A stretch of 64,000 bases of DNA, taken from Azolla caroliniana. Its lineage: Eukaryota > Plantae > Polypodiophyta. This document shows positions 37,243 to 49,581 of the stretch, piece after piece. The stretch covers positions 12,276,001-12,340,000 of the forward strand of contig JBHGNT010000015.1 of NCBI GenBank assembly GCA_043228905.1, given 5' to 3'. A program made the position numbers and the translations under genes. Positions within the stretch are counted from its first letter, which is position 1. Each line of letters starts with the position of its first letter. The notes beneath the pieces are model-generated. The model was not told the DNA's origin. It worked only from the letters and a program-made list of their open reading frames with translations, and ran no database searches.

Positions 37243-40200
37243 TGTCGGGAATCAGCGCTTGGATTCACCTTCACCTCTTGGCCACAACCGAGTAATCGCG
37301 GATCAATGCAGCAGAAAAATAGGAAATACAGAGAAAGACGCGATACACAGGAATTAGCGTGGAAAACCCTATACGGGAAAAACCACGGGAGTGCGAGACT
37401 CCAAACCAAACTATGCACAGAGAAATATACAATGGCGAGCTGCAAGGCAAACGACCTTGAGCTCGCTGTCCTCGCCACAGGCGGCGGAAATACACAGAGG
37501 CGTCTACCTCTTCGTCTCTCTCGCGCTCTATCTCTCTCTCGGCTGCTCTCACTTCGCTTCCTCTCAGTGAAAACAGAAAATGAGCAACAACATAAAACTG
37601 TTTGCCCTAAGTCATATTTATACACATATGACTTTCGGGCTATTTACAAATATAGCCTCAAGGGCTCTTGGCAAACATATTCACAAATATGTCTCCGCAT
37701 CCGGATCTCTCTCCGGGTACATTCATCATCCGGTTCCGTAACCGGGGTCTTCATCATCCGGTTCCGTAACCGGGGTCTTCATCATCCGGTTCCGTAACCG
37801 GGGTCTTCATCATCCGGTTCCGTAACCGGGGTCTTCATCATCCGGTTCCGTAACCGGGGTCTTCATCATCCGGTTCCGTAACAGCCTCCGGGCTTGCCGT
37901 CATTCATCTCCGGACATCCCATCCGGAGGGACCGAAATCCCAACAAACTCCCCCTTCACTTCGGCATGGGATGTCCCTCCAACCCGATCCTCTTCCGGCA
38001 TGCTTCCAGCTTGTCGGGTGTGAGCACCTTGGTCAGCATATCCGACCCGTTCTCGTCCGTGTGGATCTTCGTCAGCACGAACTCCTTGTCTTCTATCCTT
38101 TCCCGGATCCAGTGATATCTTCGCTGGATGTGTTTCGTCCGGGAGTGATAAGCCGCGTTCTTCGCAAGGTGGATGGCACTCTGACTGTCGCAGTAGAGTC
38201 GGTACTCCTCCTGCTGGATACCGAGCTCTCTAATGAAGTCCTTCATCCATATTATTTCCTTTCCGGCTTCAACAGCTGCCATGTACTCCGCCTCCGTGGT
38301 TGACAACGCAACCGTCTTCTGCAGCCTCGACTGCCACGAAACGGCTCCCCCTGCATAGGTCATCACATACCCTGATGTGGACCGGCTGGTATCTGCATCA
38401 GCCGACATATCCGAATCGGTGAAGCCGTCGAGTTCAGGCTTACCGGAGCCGAATCGGAGGCACACGTTTGCCGTGCCCTTCAGGTATCGGAGTATCCACT
38501 TGACCGCGTTCCAGTGCTCTTTGCCGGGATTGCTCATGTACCGGCTCACCACTCCGACTGCATATCCTATGTCCGGTCTTGTACACACCATTGCGTACAT
38601 CAAGCTTCCGACGGCAGAGGCATATGGTACTTTCATCATGTCCTCCTTCTCAGCCTTTGTCTTGGGGCTTTGCTTGCTGGACAGCTTGCAGTTTGCCGGG
38701 AGGGTTGCCCCGACCGGTCTTGCTTCCGACATGTTGAACCGTTGAAGCACCTTTGTCACGTACTTCTCCTGTGACAGCGACAACTGCTTCTTGCTCCGGT
38801 TCCGGATGATGTGCATCCCTAGTATTTGTCTCGCCGGACCCAAGTCCTTCATTGAGAAGGTTCGGTGAAGAGCCTTCTTCAGCATCCGTATCTTGACCTG
38901 GTCCCGTCCGACGATCAACATGTCGTCCACGTATAGGAGGAGTATTAGAAAGTCTCCTCCTTCGAACTTCTTCACAAACACGCAGTGATCGGACTGCGTT
39001 TTGTGGTACCCTTCGTCGGTCATGAAGGAGTCGAACTTCCGGTACCATTGCCGGGGAGCCTGCTTCAGTCCGTAAAGGCTCTTCTTCAACCGGCATACCA
39101 GGTGCTCCTTCCCTTTCTTCTCGAATCCTTCCGGTTGCTGCATGTAGATCTCTTCGTCGAGGTCACCGTGAAGGAATGCCGTCTTCACGTCCATCTGTTC
39201 TACCTCGAGGTCCATGCTTGCCGCTATGCTCAGCACCGTCCGGATGGAGGTCATCTTCACTACCGGGGCAAATATCTCGTCGAAGTCGACGCCCTTCTTC
39301 TGCTGAAACCCCTTCACCACGATCCTGGCTTTGTATCTCGGGGGGTTTCCGGCATCTCCCGGTTTCAGCTTGAACACCCACTTGTTGCGGAGTGCCCGTT
39401 TTCCTTTCGGCAACTCCACAAGTTCATATGTGTGGTTCTCATGCAGGGAATCCATCTCGTCCTGCATGGCACTCAACCACCTGCGGCTCTGGGTGTCATG
39501 CTTTGCTTCTTCAAAGCTCTCCGGCTCCCCTTCGTCGGTTAGCAGCACGTGCTCTGGTTCCGGAAATCTCCGGGGGGCCCTTCTCTCTCTTAGAGGATAT
39601 CTCCGTTCCGGAGCTTCGGTAACCGGTTCTTCCGATTCTTCTTCATCCGAATCCATTTCGGGATCGGGGCCGGTTCCGGTATCATTTTCATCTTCTTCGG
39701 CCGGTTCTGTTTCTTCACCGTCTTCGGCCGGATCCTCGAGTGCTAACCGGTCCTTTGCCGGTCGGGACTGCTCCTCGTAGAGTTGATCCTCACCGGTCGA
39801 CTTGGAGCTCTTCACCTTCTTCTCCGACTCCCAGTCGGCGAGTGTCTTGTCCTCCATGAAGATGATGTCTCGACTCCTGAATATCTTCTTGTCGACCGGG
39901 TCCCATACTCGGTAGCCGAACTCGTCGTCGCCGTAACCGAGGAATATGCATGGCCGGGTCTTTGGATCTAGCTTTCCTCTCCGGTCCTTTGCCACATGCA
40001 CGTATGCGAGACACCCGAACACCTTCAGATGCCGGTAGGACACTTCCTTACCGGTCCACACTTTCTGCGGCGTGTCTCCGTCCAAAGGTACTGAGGGTGA
40101 TCTATTTATCACATATGTCGCCGTCGACATTGCCTCAGCCCAAAACCCCTTGGGTAATTTCGCATGCGCCAGCATACTCCGGACCCGCTCCATTATAGTC

Positions 40201-42733
40201 CGGTTCATCCTCTCGGCCAGCCCGTTCAGTTCCGGCGTCTTCGGCACAGTAAACTCGAGCCGGATTCCTTTCGAGCGACAGTACTCCTGGAACTGCCCTC
40301 GGTATTCCCCTCCGTTATCCGCTCGTATCGCTTTCAGCTTCTTGCCGGATTCCCTTTCCACTCTCGCGTGGAGTTCTTTGAAGACGCACAACACTTGGTC
40401 CTTTGTCTTCATCGGTGCCGTCCACAGTTTTCGGCTATGATCATCGATGAATGTTACGAAGTACTGGGCTCCGCCATGTGACTTCGTCTCTACCTGACAC
40501 ACGTCAGTGTGCACCAACTCCAATGGTGCGCTACGTCTCGTCGGTGGCCTTGAGTGGAAGGAGGTTCGGTTCTGCTTACCGGCCAGGCAATCGGTGCACT
40601 TCTCCTGGTGCACATGCTTCACTGGGATAAGGTTGTCTTCTGCAAGCCTCTTCATCCCCTTCTCACTCATGTGGCACAGTCTCTTGTGCCACAGCTCATC
40701 GGCAGTGTCGGCTGCCACATTCAGCTCTTCCGGACATAACCGGGCATTCATCAGGTACAGTGTGTTGACTTTCCGGGCCCGAGCCACTATCAGGCTCCCC
40801 TTGCTGAACTTCATTATGCCGTTCCGGATGCTACCTGTGTAGCCTTCATCGTCTAGCCTCCCGGCCGAAATCAGGTTCAATCGAACCTCCGGAACGTGAC
40901 GGACATCCTTCAGCAGCATTTTGCATCCGGTCGGGGTTGTCAACCACACGTCTCCGATGCCGGCAATCCGGCACGTACCTTCATTTCCCATCCGAACACA
41001 GCCATGCTCGCCGGCTGTGTAGGATGAAAAGTATCTTCTCTCCGGGGTCAGGTGGAACGACGCTCCGGAATCGACCACCCAGGTCGTCTCATCGCCGGCA
41101 ATGTTTAGTTCACCTTCTTCGGTGATGAGCATGATCTCCTCTTCACTTGCCGCGAGTGCCGTCGTTCCTTTCCGGTCCTGCCCTCGCCGATCCGGACCTC
41201 TCCGGTCCGTGGCTCCCCGGTATGCACCGTTTCTCTCCGGTGACTTCTTCGAATCCGTGTCGTCGGCTCCGTTGTCCTTTCGGTAATGCCGACAATTCTT
41301 CCGAAAGTGCCCCGGCTTCCCACAGTGGAAGCATGTGGGTCTTCCTCTTGACTGCGACCGGGTCCCCAACTTCTCCCGTCTTTGCGGACTCCGGTTCCAG
41401 TGTCTTCCCCGTTCCGATTCGGTAAGCAGCGCCTTCGAGTCGGAGGCCGGTTCTTTATCTCTCCGACGCGCTTCTTCATTTAGAATACTTGTCTTTACCG
41501 TTTGTAGGGACAAGTTGTCTTCCGTGCAGGAGGTGCTGAGAGTCACCACCAAGTTCTCCCAGCTGTCCGGCAGTGTACACATCAGGATGATGGCTTGCAT
41601 TGCATCCTCCAACGGGAACTTGATCGCCGCAAGCTGATTCACGAATCCCATGAACGTGCTTACGTGTTCCACCATACTCTCGCCGTCCCGGTACTTGAGA
41701 TTCACTATCTTCCTCATCAGGGAGGTCCGGTTCAACGCATTCTTCCTCTCGTAGAGGCCCGACAGCTTCTTCCACATCTCATATGCGTTGGTGTCGTTTG
41801 CCACATGTTGTAGGACGCTCACGTCGACGTATTGTCGGATCGTCGCTACGGCTTTCCGGTTCAGAAGCTTCCATTCCGACTCAAGTACCCCTTTCGGTAT
41901 TTCCGACCTGTCAATCGGTTCGTACAGGTCCCGAACAATCAGAAGGTCCTCCATCTTGATCTTCCAGTCGGCGTAATTTTGTGCATTCAGCACCATCATC
42001 ATCGGCTGCCCGCTGCCGCCGCCTTCCATTTTCTGCAACAGTCGCTCTGATACTAGTTTGTCGGGAATCAGCGCTTGGATTCACCTTCACCTCTTGGCCA
42101 CAACCGAGTAATCGCGGATCAATGCAGCAGAAAAATAGGAAATACAGAGAAAGACGCGATACACAGGAATTAGCGTGGAAAACCCTATACGGGAAAAACC
42201 ACGGGAGTGCGAGACTCCAAACCAAACTATGCACAGAGAAATATACAATGGCGAGCTGCAAGGCAAACGACCTTGAGCTCGCTGTCCTCGCCACAGGCGG
42301 CGGAAATACACAGAGGCGTCTACCTCTTCGTCTCTCTCGCGCTCTATCTCTCTCTCGGCTGCTCTCACTTCGCTTCCTCTCAGTGAAAACAGAAAATGAG
42401 CAACAACATAAAACTGTTTGCCCTAAGTCATATTTATACACATATGACTTTCGGGCTATTTACAAATATAGCCTCAAGGGCTCTTGGCAAACATATTCAC
42501 AAATATGTCTCCGCATCCGGATCTCTCTCCGGGTACATTCATCATCCGGTTCCGTAACCGGGGTCTTCATCATCCGGTTCCGTAACCGGGGTCTTCATCA
42601 TCCGGTTCCGTAACCGGGGTCTTCATCATCCGGTTCCGTAACCGGGGTCTTCATCATCCGGTTCCGTAACAGCCTCCGGGCTTGCCGTCATTCATCTCCG
42701 GACATCCCATCCGGAGGGACCGAAATCCCAACA
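37243..42733 (-). mobile_element. Element K: intact, very young Tork-like copia
   Basis: LTRs 37243-37945 and 42059-42733 appear identical apart from one 28-bp repeat unit; perfect TSD AATTG; PPT at 37946-37960. Confidence 0.98.
37956..42029 (-). CDS. Copia gag-pol polyprotein (~1357 aa, uninterrupted)
   Basis: Single ORF: CFHCGKPGHFRKNC, WVVDSGASFH, integrase HHCC and DDE region (TPELNGLAER), YVDD, RNase H (TKHIQRRYHW). Confidence 0.97.
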   Translation of the reverse strand: MEGGGSGQPMMMVLNAQNYADWKIKMEDLLIVRDLYEPIDRSEIPKGVLESEWKLLNRKAVATIRQYVDVSVLQHVANDTNAYEMWKKLSGLYERKNALNRTSLMRKIVNLKYRDGESMVEHVSTFMGFVNQLAAIKFPLEDAMQAIILMCTLPDSWENLVVTLSTSCTEDNLSLQTVKTSILNEEARRRDKEPASDSKALLTESERGRHWNRSPQRREKLGTRSQSRGRPTCFHCGKPGHFRKNCRHYRKDNGADDTDSKKSPERNGAYRGATDRRGPDRRGQDRKGTTALAASEEEIMLITEEGELNIAGDETTWVVDSGASFHLTPERRYFSSYTAGEHGCVRMGNEGTCRIAGIGDVWLTTPTGCKMLLKDVRHVPEVRLNLISAGRLDDEGYTGSIRNGIMKFSKGSLIVARARKVNTLYLMNARLCPEELNVAADTADELWHKRLCHMSEKGMKRLAEDNLIPVKHVHQEKCTDCLAGKQNRTSFHSRPPTRRSAPLELVHTDVCQVETKSHGGAQYFVTFIDDHSRKLWTAPMKTKDQVLCVFKELHARVERESGKKLKAIRADNGGEYRGQFQEYCRSKGIRLEFTVPKTPELNGLAERMNRTIMERVRSMLAHAKLPKGFWAEAMSTATYVINRSPSVPLDGDTPQKVWTGKEVSYRHLKVFGCLAYVHVAKDRRGKLDPKTRPCIFLGYGDDEFGYRVWDPVDKKIFRSRDIIFMEDKTLADWESEKKVKSSKSTGEDQLYEEQSRPAKDRLALEDPAEDGEETEPAEEDENDTGTGPDPEMDSDEEESEEPVTEAPERRYPLRERRAPRRFPEPEHVLLTDEGEPESFEEAKHDTQSRRWLSAMQDEMDSLHENHTYELVELPKGKRALRNKWVFKLKPGDAGNPPRYKARIVVKGFQQKKGVDFDEIFAPVVKMTSIRTVLSIAASMDLEVEQMDVKTAFLHGDLDEEIYMQQPEGFEKKGKEHLVCRLKKSLYGLKQAPRQWYRKFDSFMTDEGYHKTQSDHCVFVKKFEGGDFLILLLYVDDMLIVGRDQVKIRMLKKALHRTFSMKDLGPARQILGMHIIRNRSKKQLSLSQEKYVTKVLQRFNMSEARPVGATLPANCKLSSKQSPKTKAEKEDMMKVPYASAVGSLMYAMVCTRPDIGYAVGVVSRYMSNPGKEHWNAVKWILRYLKGTANVCLRFGSGKPELDGFTDSDMSADADTSRSTSGYVMTYAGGAVSWQSRLQKTVALSTTEAEYMAAVEAGKEIIWMKDFIRELGIQQEEYRLYCDSQSAIHLAKNAAYHSRTKHIQRRYHWIRERIEDKEFVLTKIHTDENGSDMLTKVLTPDKLEACRKRIGLEGHPMPK

Positions 42734-45700
42734 AATTGGGCCCCCCAAACGGGATGGATTCTAAACATGGATCTCAAACCTAGTTTCTCCCGCCATTTGG
42801 AGGACAGATTCAGTGCATCCATGTGGAAGGCATGGTGTGACATTCGTCGGGGGCTCCAGTGTGATCAACCGAGATCCGAACTTGCCTGGCTCAGTCAACG
42901 TATTCTATGGAACCCATGTCTCAAGGATGAATCTAATCAACTACTGGGATCACGTAAGGGGTTGTCATGGGGATACATTGCAGAAGGTCCAGGCAAAAGT
43001 ATTGAATGTTGGCGACGGTTTATGTCAATGCCACTACAAGATCAAGCGAACATACTCCATGGAATCAAGGGCGGATGGACTATGAGATCGGAAATCATTA
43101 ACGCGTTACTGATTAGGGACTCTGCTATTCAAAGGACGACAATGGAGAAATGGATAGGCCACGAGGAGGAGGGCTCTCTGATCCCGAGAGGTAGGGGATC
43201 ACCAAACACGCTCGAAGGCCATGAAGTGCGAGACACTACGACACCCACACAGAATAATGCCATTCGAGTACTCGCGTACACTGGTCATAAATGGATTGTA
43301 GATCCTGATCCGATCAAAGTACAACCCATTGGCATATATGTACTCATGAAAACACATGGCTGCGTAAGGTCAGTTGGGACCCTTTGCAATGGACATGGCG
43401 TGATCCCTACACGGGACAAGGAAGCAAAGCCATCCCTTTCTTCCAATTCACAACTAGATTGGGTCGCCACATTCTAGCTACTCAAGCCGCCCGAGAACCG
43501 GCTGCTGCGAAGGTCTGGCACACATTTCAAGTTCCCTCCGCAATAATCACCAAGTTTTGGCAGAAAATCTGGAAGCAACAACACGCGAGGCGAATTACCA
43601 CTTTCCAATGGTTGTTAATACATAAGGCCCTACCGGTGGGAGCATGGCAACGTGGGAACCTTAACTCTCTGGATTGTGTAGAGTGCCCACATGCAGTAGA
43701 ATCCATACGACACGCTCTGTGGGACTGCCCAACGTCCCATAGAACATGGCGGGGGGTTGGCCGCTTGTTGCAATTATGCTAGGTGCAAGGTTCAATCAAG
43801 TGGGGAAATATATGTTGGCTATCATGGCAGGCTGCAATTGGCCGATACGAGCATCAGGAGGAGGGGATGACTTTGGTGATAAAAGCACAAGAGGTTCTTT
43901 TCTCCTCCAGCGACAATGTCCACTATTTTCCTCTTAATGACAAATCTCAAGAGGTGTTGGAATTGGTCAGCCCAATAACCCTTTGGATTCTATGGAAACA
44001 ACGATGTAGGCAAGTCTTCTCCAACCAAACCACCGATCCAACAAGGTTACTGCAAGAGATGTGGAGTGAAATTGTAGCCACTCTGAAAAGCCAATATGAT
44101 GGCCTTAAAGGTGGCTCCGAGGGAGTTGAAAGACAACGCATAGCCTTCATCTAACAATGGTCGTCCTCTCCCTTTCTTGAGTCAGTGGGCTTCCACATTA
44201 GATGGAACTATCGCGTCCCTTTTGGGATTTGTACATAATCGCCTCATTTGTAAAATTTTATAACTAATGGAAGGAGTGTTTTTTTGGAAAAAATTTTAAA
44301 AAATTTTAAAAAAAATGACAAGTCTAAAATAAACTTTTTAATGAGGATAGAATAAATGTATTTTATGAATCACACTAGGCATATGCTTTTGGATTTTATA
44401 TACATAGCCCACAATTTGAGTCACCATACATACATTGACTATGACCATTTACAGATATATTGACATTTGACAATTTGTGGATATATAATAGTATGAAGCA
44501 TACGTACCATTCGCGCATTCGCATTCGCATTCGCAAACATTCTTAACATTCGTGTAAGAAAAACACCCTCGAAGTATGGTAAATACCATACTTTTGCACT
44601 CATTATTTATTATAAGGTAAGAATGTTAAGGTAAAAAGTATAAAAAAAAACACAAGTATAAAAGTATGAAAACGAATATTTGGGCTAACGAACACGAATA
44701 TTACGTACTATGCATGATAGGACCATGATCTAAAACTTTGAGAAACAAATTCAATAGGATTTTCATACATGAGCTTTGCAACTAATGTCAAACAAGACTA
44801 ATGTCAAATAAAATATTATAAATTTCAATCATTAAGTAGATAGTAATTTCACATATTCTTGTATATAAATTCTATGTTATCTATTTTGTTTTTCACTAAG
44901 AATTTAGAATTCCCAAACTCACAATATAAAGGTCGTTGAGTCTCACAAAGTGAAACAAGCAAGGTCAAGGTGGAATCTATTGTGGCATTTGTTAGAGATA
45001 TTGATTCCTAATGCAAACGATGAGGGGCCTAGACCATAAATTTGGAAACCATGCATATTTATTACCTAGAAGGGAAGATGATGATTCTAAATCGCGGTGT
45101 AATGGATTCTTCTTGCTAAGATCTTCCCAATGATACTCATATGTTTGGGTTTTCACAGCCTTCTGAGATACATCAATAAAATGTCATTTCTTACAAGGCC
45201 CAAATTTCAATCTAAAATTTGTTTGATGCATATGGGATTCTAGGCAATCTTACCTGAAGCTTAAAAAAAATACTACATTAGTATTAAGAGTCGGCCAAAG
45301 CTTGATCGAACTTCTCGAATATTCCGAAGAGTGGGCCAAAGCTTGTTTTTCTCAATGCGAGAAGGATCAATTTCAACTCCTCGTTCGGTTATGAGATGTC
45401 CTAGATAAGTAATTGATTTCTTGAAGAACTCACATTTTGAGATCTTTGCATAAAACTGTTTGTCACGCAATGTTTGTAAAACAAAGCGGACATGTCTAGC
45501 ATGTTCTTGTAATGTACGGCTATAAACTAAAATATCATCCAAGAAAATAACGACAAATTTTCCAAGTTGTTCTCGGAAAATGTCATTCATTTCTTATTGA
45601 AAAGTAGCCGGAGCATTGGTCAAACCAAAAGGCATAACCAAAAACTCGTAATGGCCATAGCGCGTACGAAATGCCGTTTTAGGAACATCGTCCTCACTTA

Positions 45701-47403
45701 TTCGTATTTGATGGTAGCCAGTACGGAGATCAAGTTTTGTAAAATACCGAGCTCCTTGGAGACGGTCAATTAGATCGTCAGCCCGGGGCAATGGGTATGA
45801 ATTCTTGATCGTCACTTTATTCAAGCGTCGGTAATTAATACACATACGCCATGTGCCCTCTTTCTTTTTAACCAAGAGAACTGGTGCACCCCATGGAGAT
45901 TTACTATAACGTATATAACCCATTCGTAAATAGTCCTTAAGTTGCTTAGATACCTCATCTTCTTCGAATTGACTTAAGCGATACGAAGGTATACTTATTG
46001 GTGCAACATCAGGTACAATATCTATATGATGGTCTATATTACGTTTAGGAGGTAACCCATCAGGTAGTTCACTTGGAAAAACATCATGAAAATCATTTAA
46101 GATTTCATCAAGTTGTTGTTCAAAATATGTTAATTGAACCGGGACATTATCGATATTTTAAATGTGAATGTCCGGATCAAGTACACAATAAAATAATGTA
46201 GAACAAGACAACTCGGATATTGATGGACACGAGGAAACAATCGAGAGGGATTGTTTTTTTACACATTGAATAAAATGCGTACAATCGTTCAGTACAAAAG
46301 AAATGGAATGACGAACTCAATCAATAAATAAAGAAGAGTTTTTATTATAAAACCAGGGATAACCTAGTATTACATCGGTGGTACAAAGATTCATTACATG
46401 GAAGTCTACTTCCTCTATATAAGTATCAATAGAAATTCCTAATGAATGAATCGCCCCGTTGATGTATTGTACTCTTCCATCAGCCAAGTGCACCGTGTAG
46501 GTGTGATCACTTACAGTGGGTTGGATTCCCCATATCTAAACCAAACGATCATTCACAAAATTGTGTGAGCTTCCTGAATCAAATAAAAATTGTACGGGAG
46601 ATCCATTGATATACCCGTTTGCACGTAGTAAATCATTGGGACCCAATACATAGTGAGGGAAAGAACATTGACAATTACTTAAATGATGTGTATAGACCTG
46701 AAGGACATTAGGAATCTGACCTTTATGGTTTGCAGCTTTAGCTTTGTTGTCGTGCTCTTTCCGTTGGAGCTTTCGACATTGATCTTTTGTATGGCCCTTC
46801 TTTTTGCAGAATACGCAAAAAGGATGTTGTCGCTTACAATCGCGATGTCGTGCCTTTCGGCTCCGGATCGTTGCGTGAGTCGGGTGGGAACCGCTGGGGT
46901 TTTGGACTAGGAAGAGGAGAGTTTTAAGGCTAATAAGAATATAAATATGTTGTAAGAAAGAGTTATAGCAAACTCGTGAATCCCACGAGTGTATTGTATT
47001 AGATTAATCAATATGAATATAAGAATATAAACTTCGGTTGAAAGAGAATGATATAGAATTCTCGTGAATCCCACGAGTATAGTTTATTAATTGGTGTTTT
47101 TTAGAAACATATCTAGTTTCCAAATATTTTTCACACACAATTACATTGTGCTCCCCATCCTTATGTAGTGATGAGGAAGTCTTAGTAATCCATGCTTTTT
47201 CTCTAACTATAGACCCCATGCTTTTCCTATAGATAGACTATATGCTTTATCTAAAGTGATCATGCTTTTTTCTAACTTGTGCGTTTCTTATCATGCACGC
47301 TAGATGTGTATGTGTAGCTTTTTCTTTTGTTATGCGTTTTTCTAATGTTTATCCTAGCGTGAATTTACCTTTCTATGTGGGACATCTATGCTTTAACACT
47401 AAT

Positions 47404-47476
47404 GAAATGCTAGTGTAATGGTAAGACATTACATTATTAACATGGAGGTGCAAGGTTCGAATCTTGCCCTATGCAT
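47404..47476 (+). promoter_or_regulatory. tRNA-like Pol III cassette in the H 3' LTR
   Basis: TAGTGTAATGG (47411) and GGTTCGAATCT (47454); TTTT shortly downstream. Confidence 0.68.
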
Positions 47477-47629
47477 GTTCCATTTATTTTGCTATTTTCT
47501 TCTATTTCTTCATTTTTTATTGAATCTAATACTATATACGTTTTTCACGTAGTGTACAAAATACACTACGACACTCACCCCCTCCAAACCCGCACATCCT
47601 CCGGTATGTGCCGAAGTTGTTGGTGTTTG

Positions 47630-49547
47630 TTAGTCTCCTCCTTCATCCTCCGTTTGTCCCACTATGTCAACTTTGTCTCTCCATTTTGAGTAGACCCATT
47701 CTTTCCACCCGAACCATTGTCGCCATCCGATCCACCATATTCTATGTTCGCTTTTTGCATGGCCCGCTTGGTCCTTGTCATCCGCGGTAGTATCTTTTCT
47801 TGCCCTCTTTCTTTTCTTCATCAATCTCGACTTCTTTTCGGATTTTCGGTTTAGTCGGATTAGCTTACTTCCGATTCGGTCTCGTCGGATCGTCTTTCGT
47901 TTAGTTCGGCTTCCTTTTCGATTTGTATTCGGTCGATCCGGACTCGGTTGATCGGTTTTTACCGATTCAGTGCTCTTTCGGGTCGGTTTCTTTTCTTTTC
48001 TTTTCGTCCGGATTTGCTTTCTTTTCTTCGTTTTCACCTGCCTTGTCCGGTTCGACTTTCGGCACTTCTTTCCGTTGTTCGCCACGTAGGTCCTCCGATA
48101 TGTGCTCGTTGTTCGGTCCTCGTGTGGTTGTAATGCATGCTTCTTTTCTCGCCGTAGCGCGTGCTTCTTTATTCGCCATAACACGCGTTTCTTTATTCGC
48201 CGTAGAGCGTGCTCTGTATTACGCGCTTCTCCCGTCGTAGACCCGACCTCCGCATTGTCGCACTTTCTTTTAGATTGGAATTTCGGATGGATCATTTTCC
48301 ATCCGAACCGACTTCCGACTTTACCTTCCTCGCCGCCATCTCCCGTCTCTCCGGTCTCACGTTGGTTCTCGGACACAACCGCCGAAGTCTCTAGATATTG
48401 TTGGCATGAATCCTCGGTATTACCTTCTTTCGTAGTTTCACCCTTAGCATTCTTCTCGGCTATCTCTTCATCGTATTCGTCGGCTTCGACATTCGTTTTC
48501 TCTCCGCCACCTTCCGTCTCTTCGGTCTCACGTTGCCTTTCGATCGCAACCGCCGGAGTCTCTGGAATCAGTGGTGGGGAAGTCTCGATATGGCAATCCG
48601 CCATTGATTCGTCCATAGCCACCTCCGATTCGATTTCGTCTTTTGTGGCTACCTCCTTAATCACATCCGCTTCACACTCTTTATCTGCATCAATTATGCA
48701 AACATCTATTATGCTTACCCCTTTTTGACCCGATGTCTCGGGCACTTGTATCCCGAAATTTCCTTCTACACTTGAATTATCGGCCTTATCCTTCGCCATC
48801 GTTCTTTCACAAGACGAGTAGGTGTCTTGTTCCACTCTTTCTCCCGTGGTACCATCATGTTGTATTTCGGCCTTCATATTGGCTTCATCGTTTTTCCTCA
48901 ATCGACCATCCTTCATGGGCCATGTCGTTGTTGACGAGATTCTCAGCTTCCTTTCATCATGTCTTCGGCATACCCTTTCGACTTTAGCCCAATCCTCGGT
49001 AAGGCCGTTCGCACTGTCATCATCTTCGAGTTCGATCCCAATGTCCATCCTTTCTTTCCGATCGATCGATCTTACGAACTTTAAGACTTTATCTTCTCCC
49101 ACCAATCTTCGTTCCCGCTCCGAGAGTCGAGCAAAACGATGCTCGAACTCTAGGAACGCTTGCGTTGCACTTCGGTGAGTCTTCTCCGACGCCACCCATT
49201 CGTCGATCTCGTCCCGTCCATCTCTCATAGTCATATGCCTCCCGTAAAGCTTCTTCAAAGGACTCCCATGTCGAGTTTTGTTGTTGTATCTTGTGGATTC
49301 TCTCTTGTAGTTCGTCCGAGGCCACCCGACTAAAGGATATCACTTGCAATCCTTCCGGTATCCGATATTGCATCATCTCCGCCTTATATTCACGTAGGTA
49401 GCGTGACACACCCTTACCGTTGAATTCCCCGTTTCGTCGCAGAAGCCGCTCTACTGCCGCCTTCATCTCCGACATCGCACGTTGTTCTTGTTGCATCCGC
49501 TCAAACATTATCATCATCATGTTCATCGCCTCTTGTTGATTCTCCAT
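47630..49547 (-). CDS. Element H gag-like protein with acidic and basic low-complexity extension (frameshift near 49230)
   Basis: ORF 49089-49568 (FNGKGVSRYLREYKAEM...WESFEEAL) overlaps the 542-aa ORF 47630-49258. Confidence 0.7.
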
Positions 49548-49563
49548 CTCCTTGCCACCCGTC

Positions 49564-49581
49564 TTCACGTCGGGTTCACCA
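49564..49581 (-). promoter_or_regulatory. PBS complementary to tRNA-Trp (identical copy at 20487-20504)
   Basis: The plus strand reads TTCACGTCGGGTTCACCA, matching my recollection of the 3' 18 nt of plant cytosolic tRNA-Trp(CCA); 4 nt from the LTR. Confidence 0.85.

Larger units (their letters stand above)
34457..44154 (+). pseudogene. LINE ORF2 (APE endonuclease, RT, C-terminal zinc finger), interrupted by K
   Basis: IVTWNVQGL, LQEHH, NVYAPN, GGDFN, SRIDR, SDHYP; LDFEKAYDRV, QGCPL, FADD; CVEC...ESIRHALWDC; several stops. Confidence 0.93.
31960..44314 (+). mobile_element. Full-length L1-clade LINE (~6.9 kb without the nested K)
   Basis: 12-bp TSD ATGACAAGTCTA (31948-31959, 44315-44326); GC-rich 5' UTR, ORF1, ORF2 and A-rich tail. 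Confidence 0.93.

Noticed and set aside
37240-37797. ORFs within LTRs (also 41981-42613)
   Set aside because: They arise from LTR microsatellites and tandem repeats and have no protein motifs.
37722-37882. 28-bp repeats resembling a CRISPR array (also in J and the LINE UTR)
   Set aside because: Head-to-tail with no unique spacers, inside eukaryotic retroelements, no cas genes.
44488-44712. Possible MITE with CATTCG repeats and TACGTA..ATTCG termini
   Set aside because: Terminal inverted repeats are too imperfect and no TSD was found.
46842-46846. 5-bp TSD GCGAT for H
   Set aside because: It would consume the T of the LTR's terminal TG; a 4-bp TSD fits both H and I.
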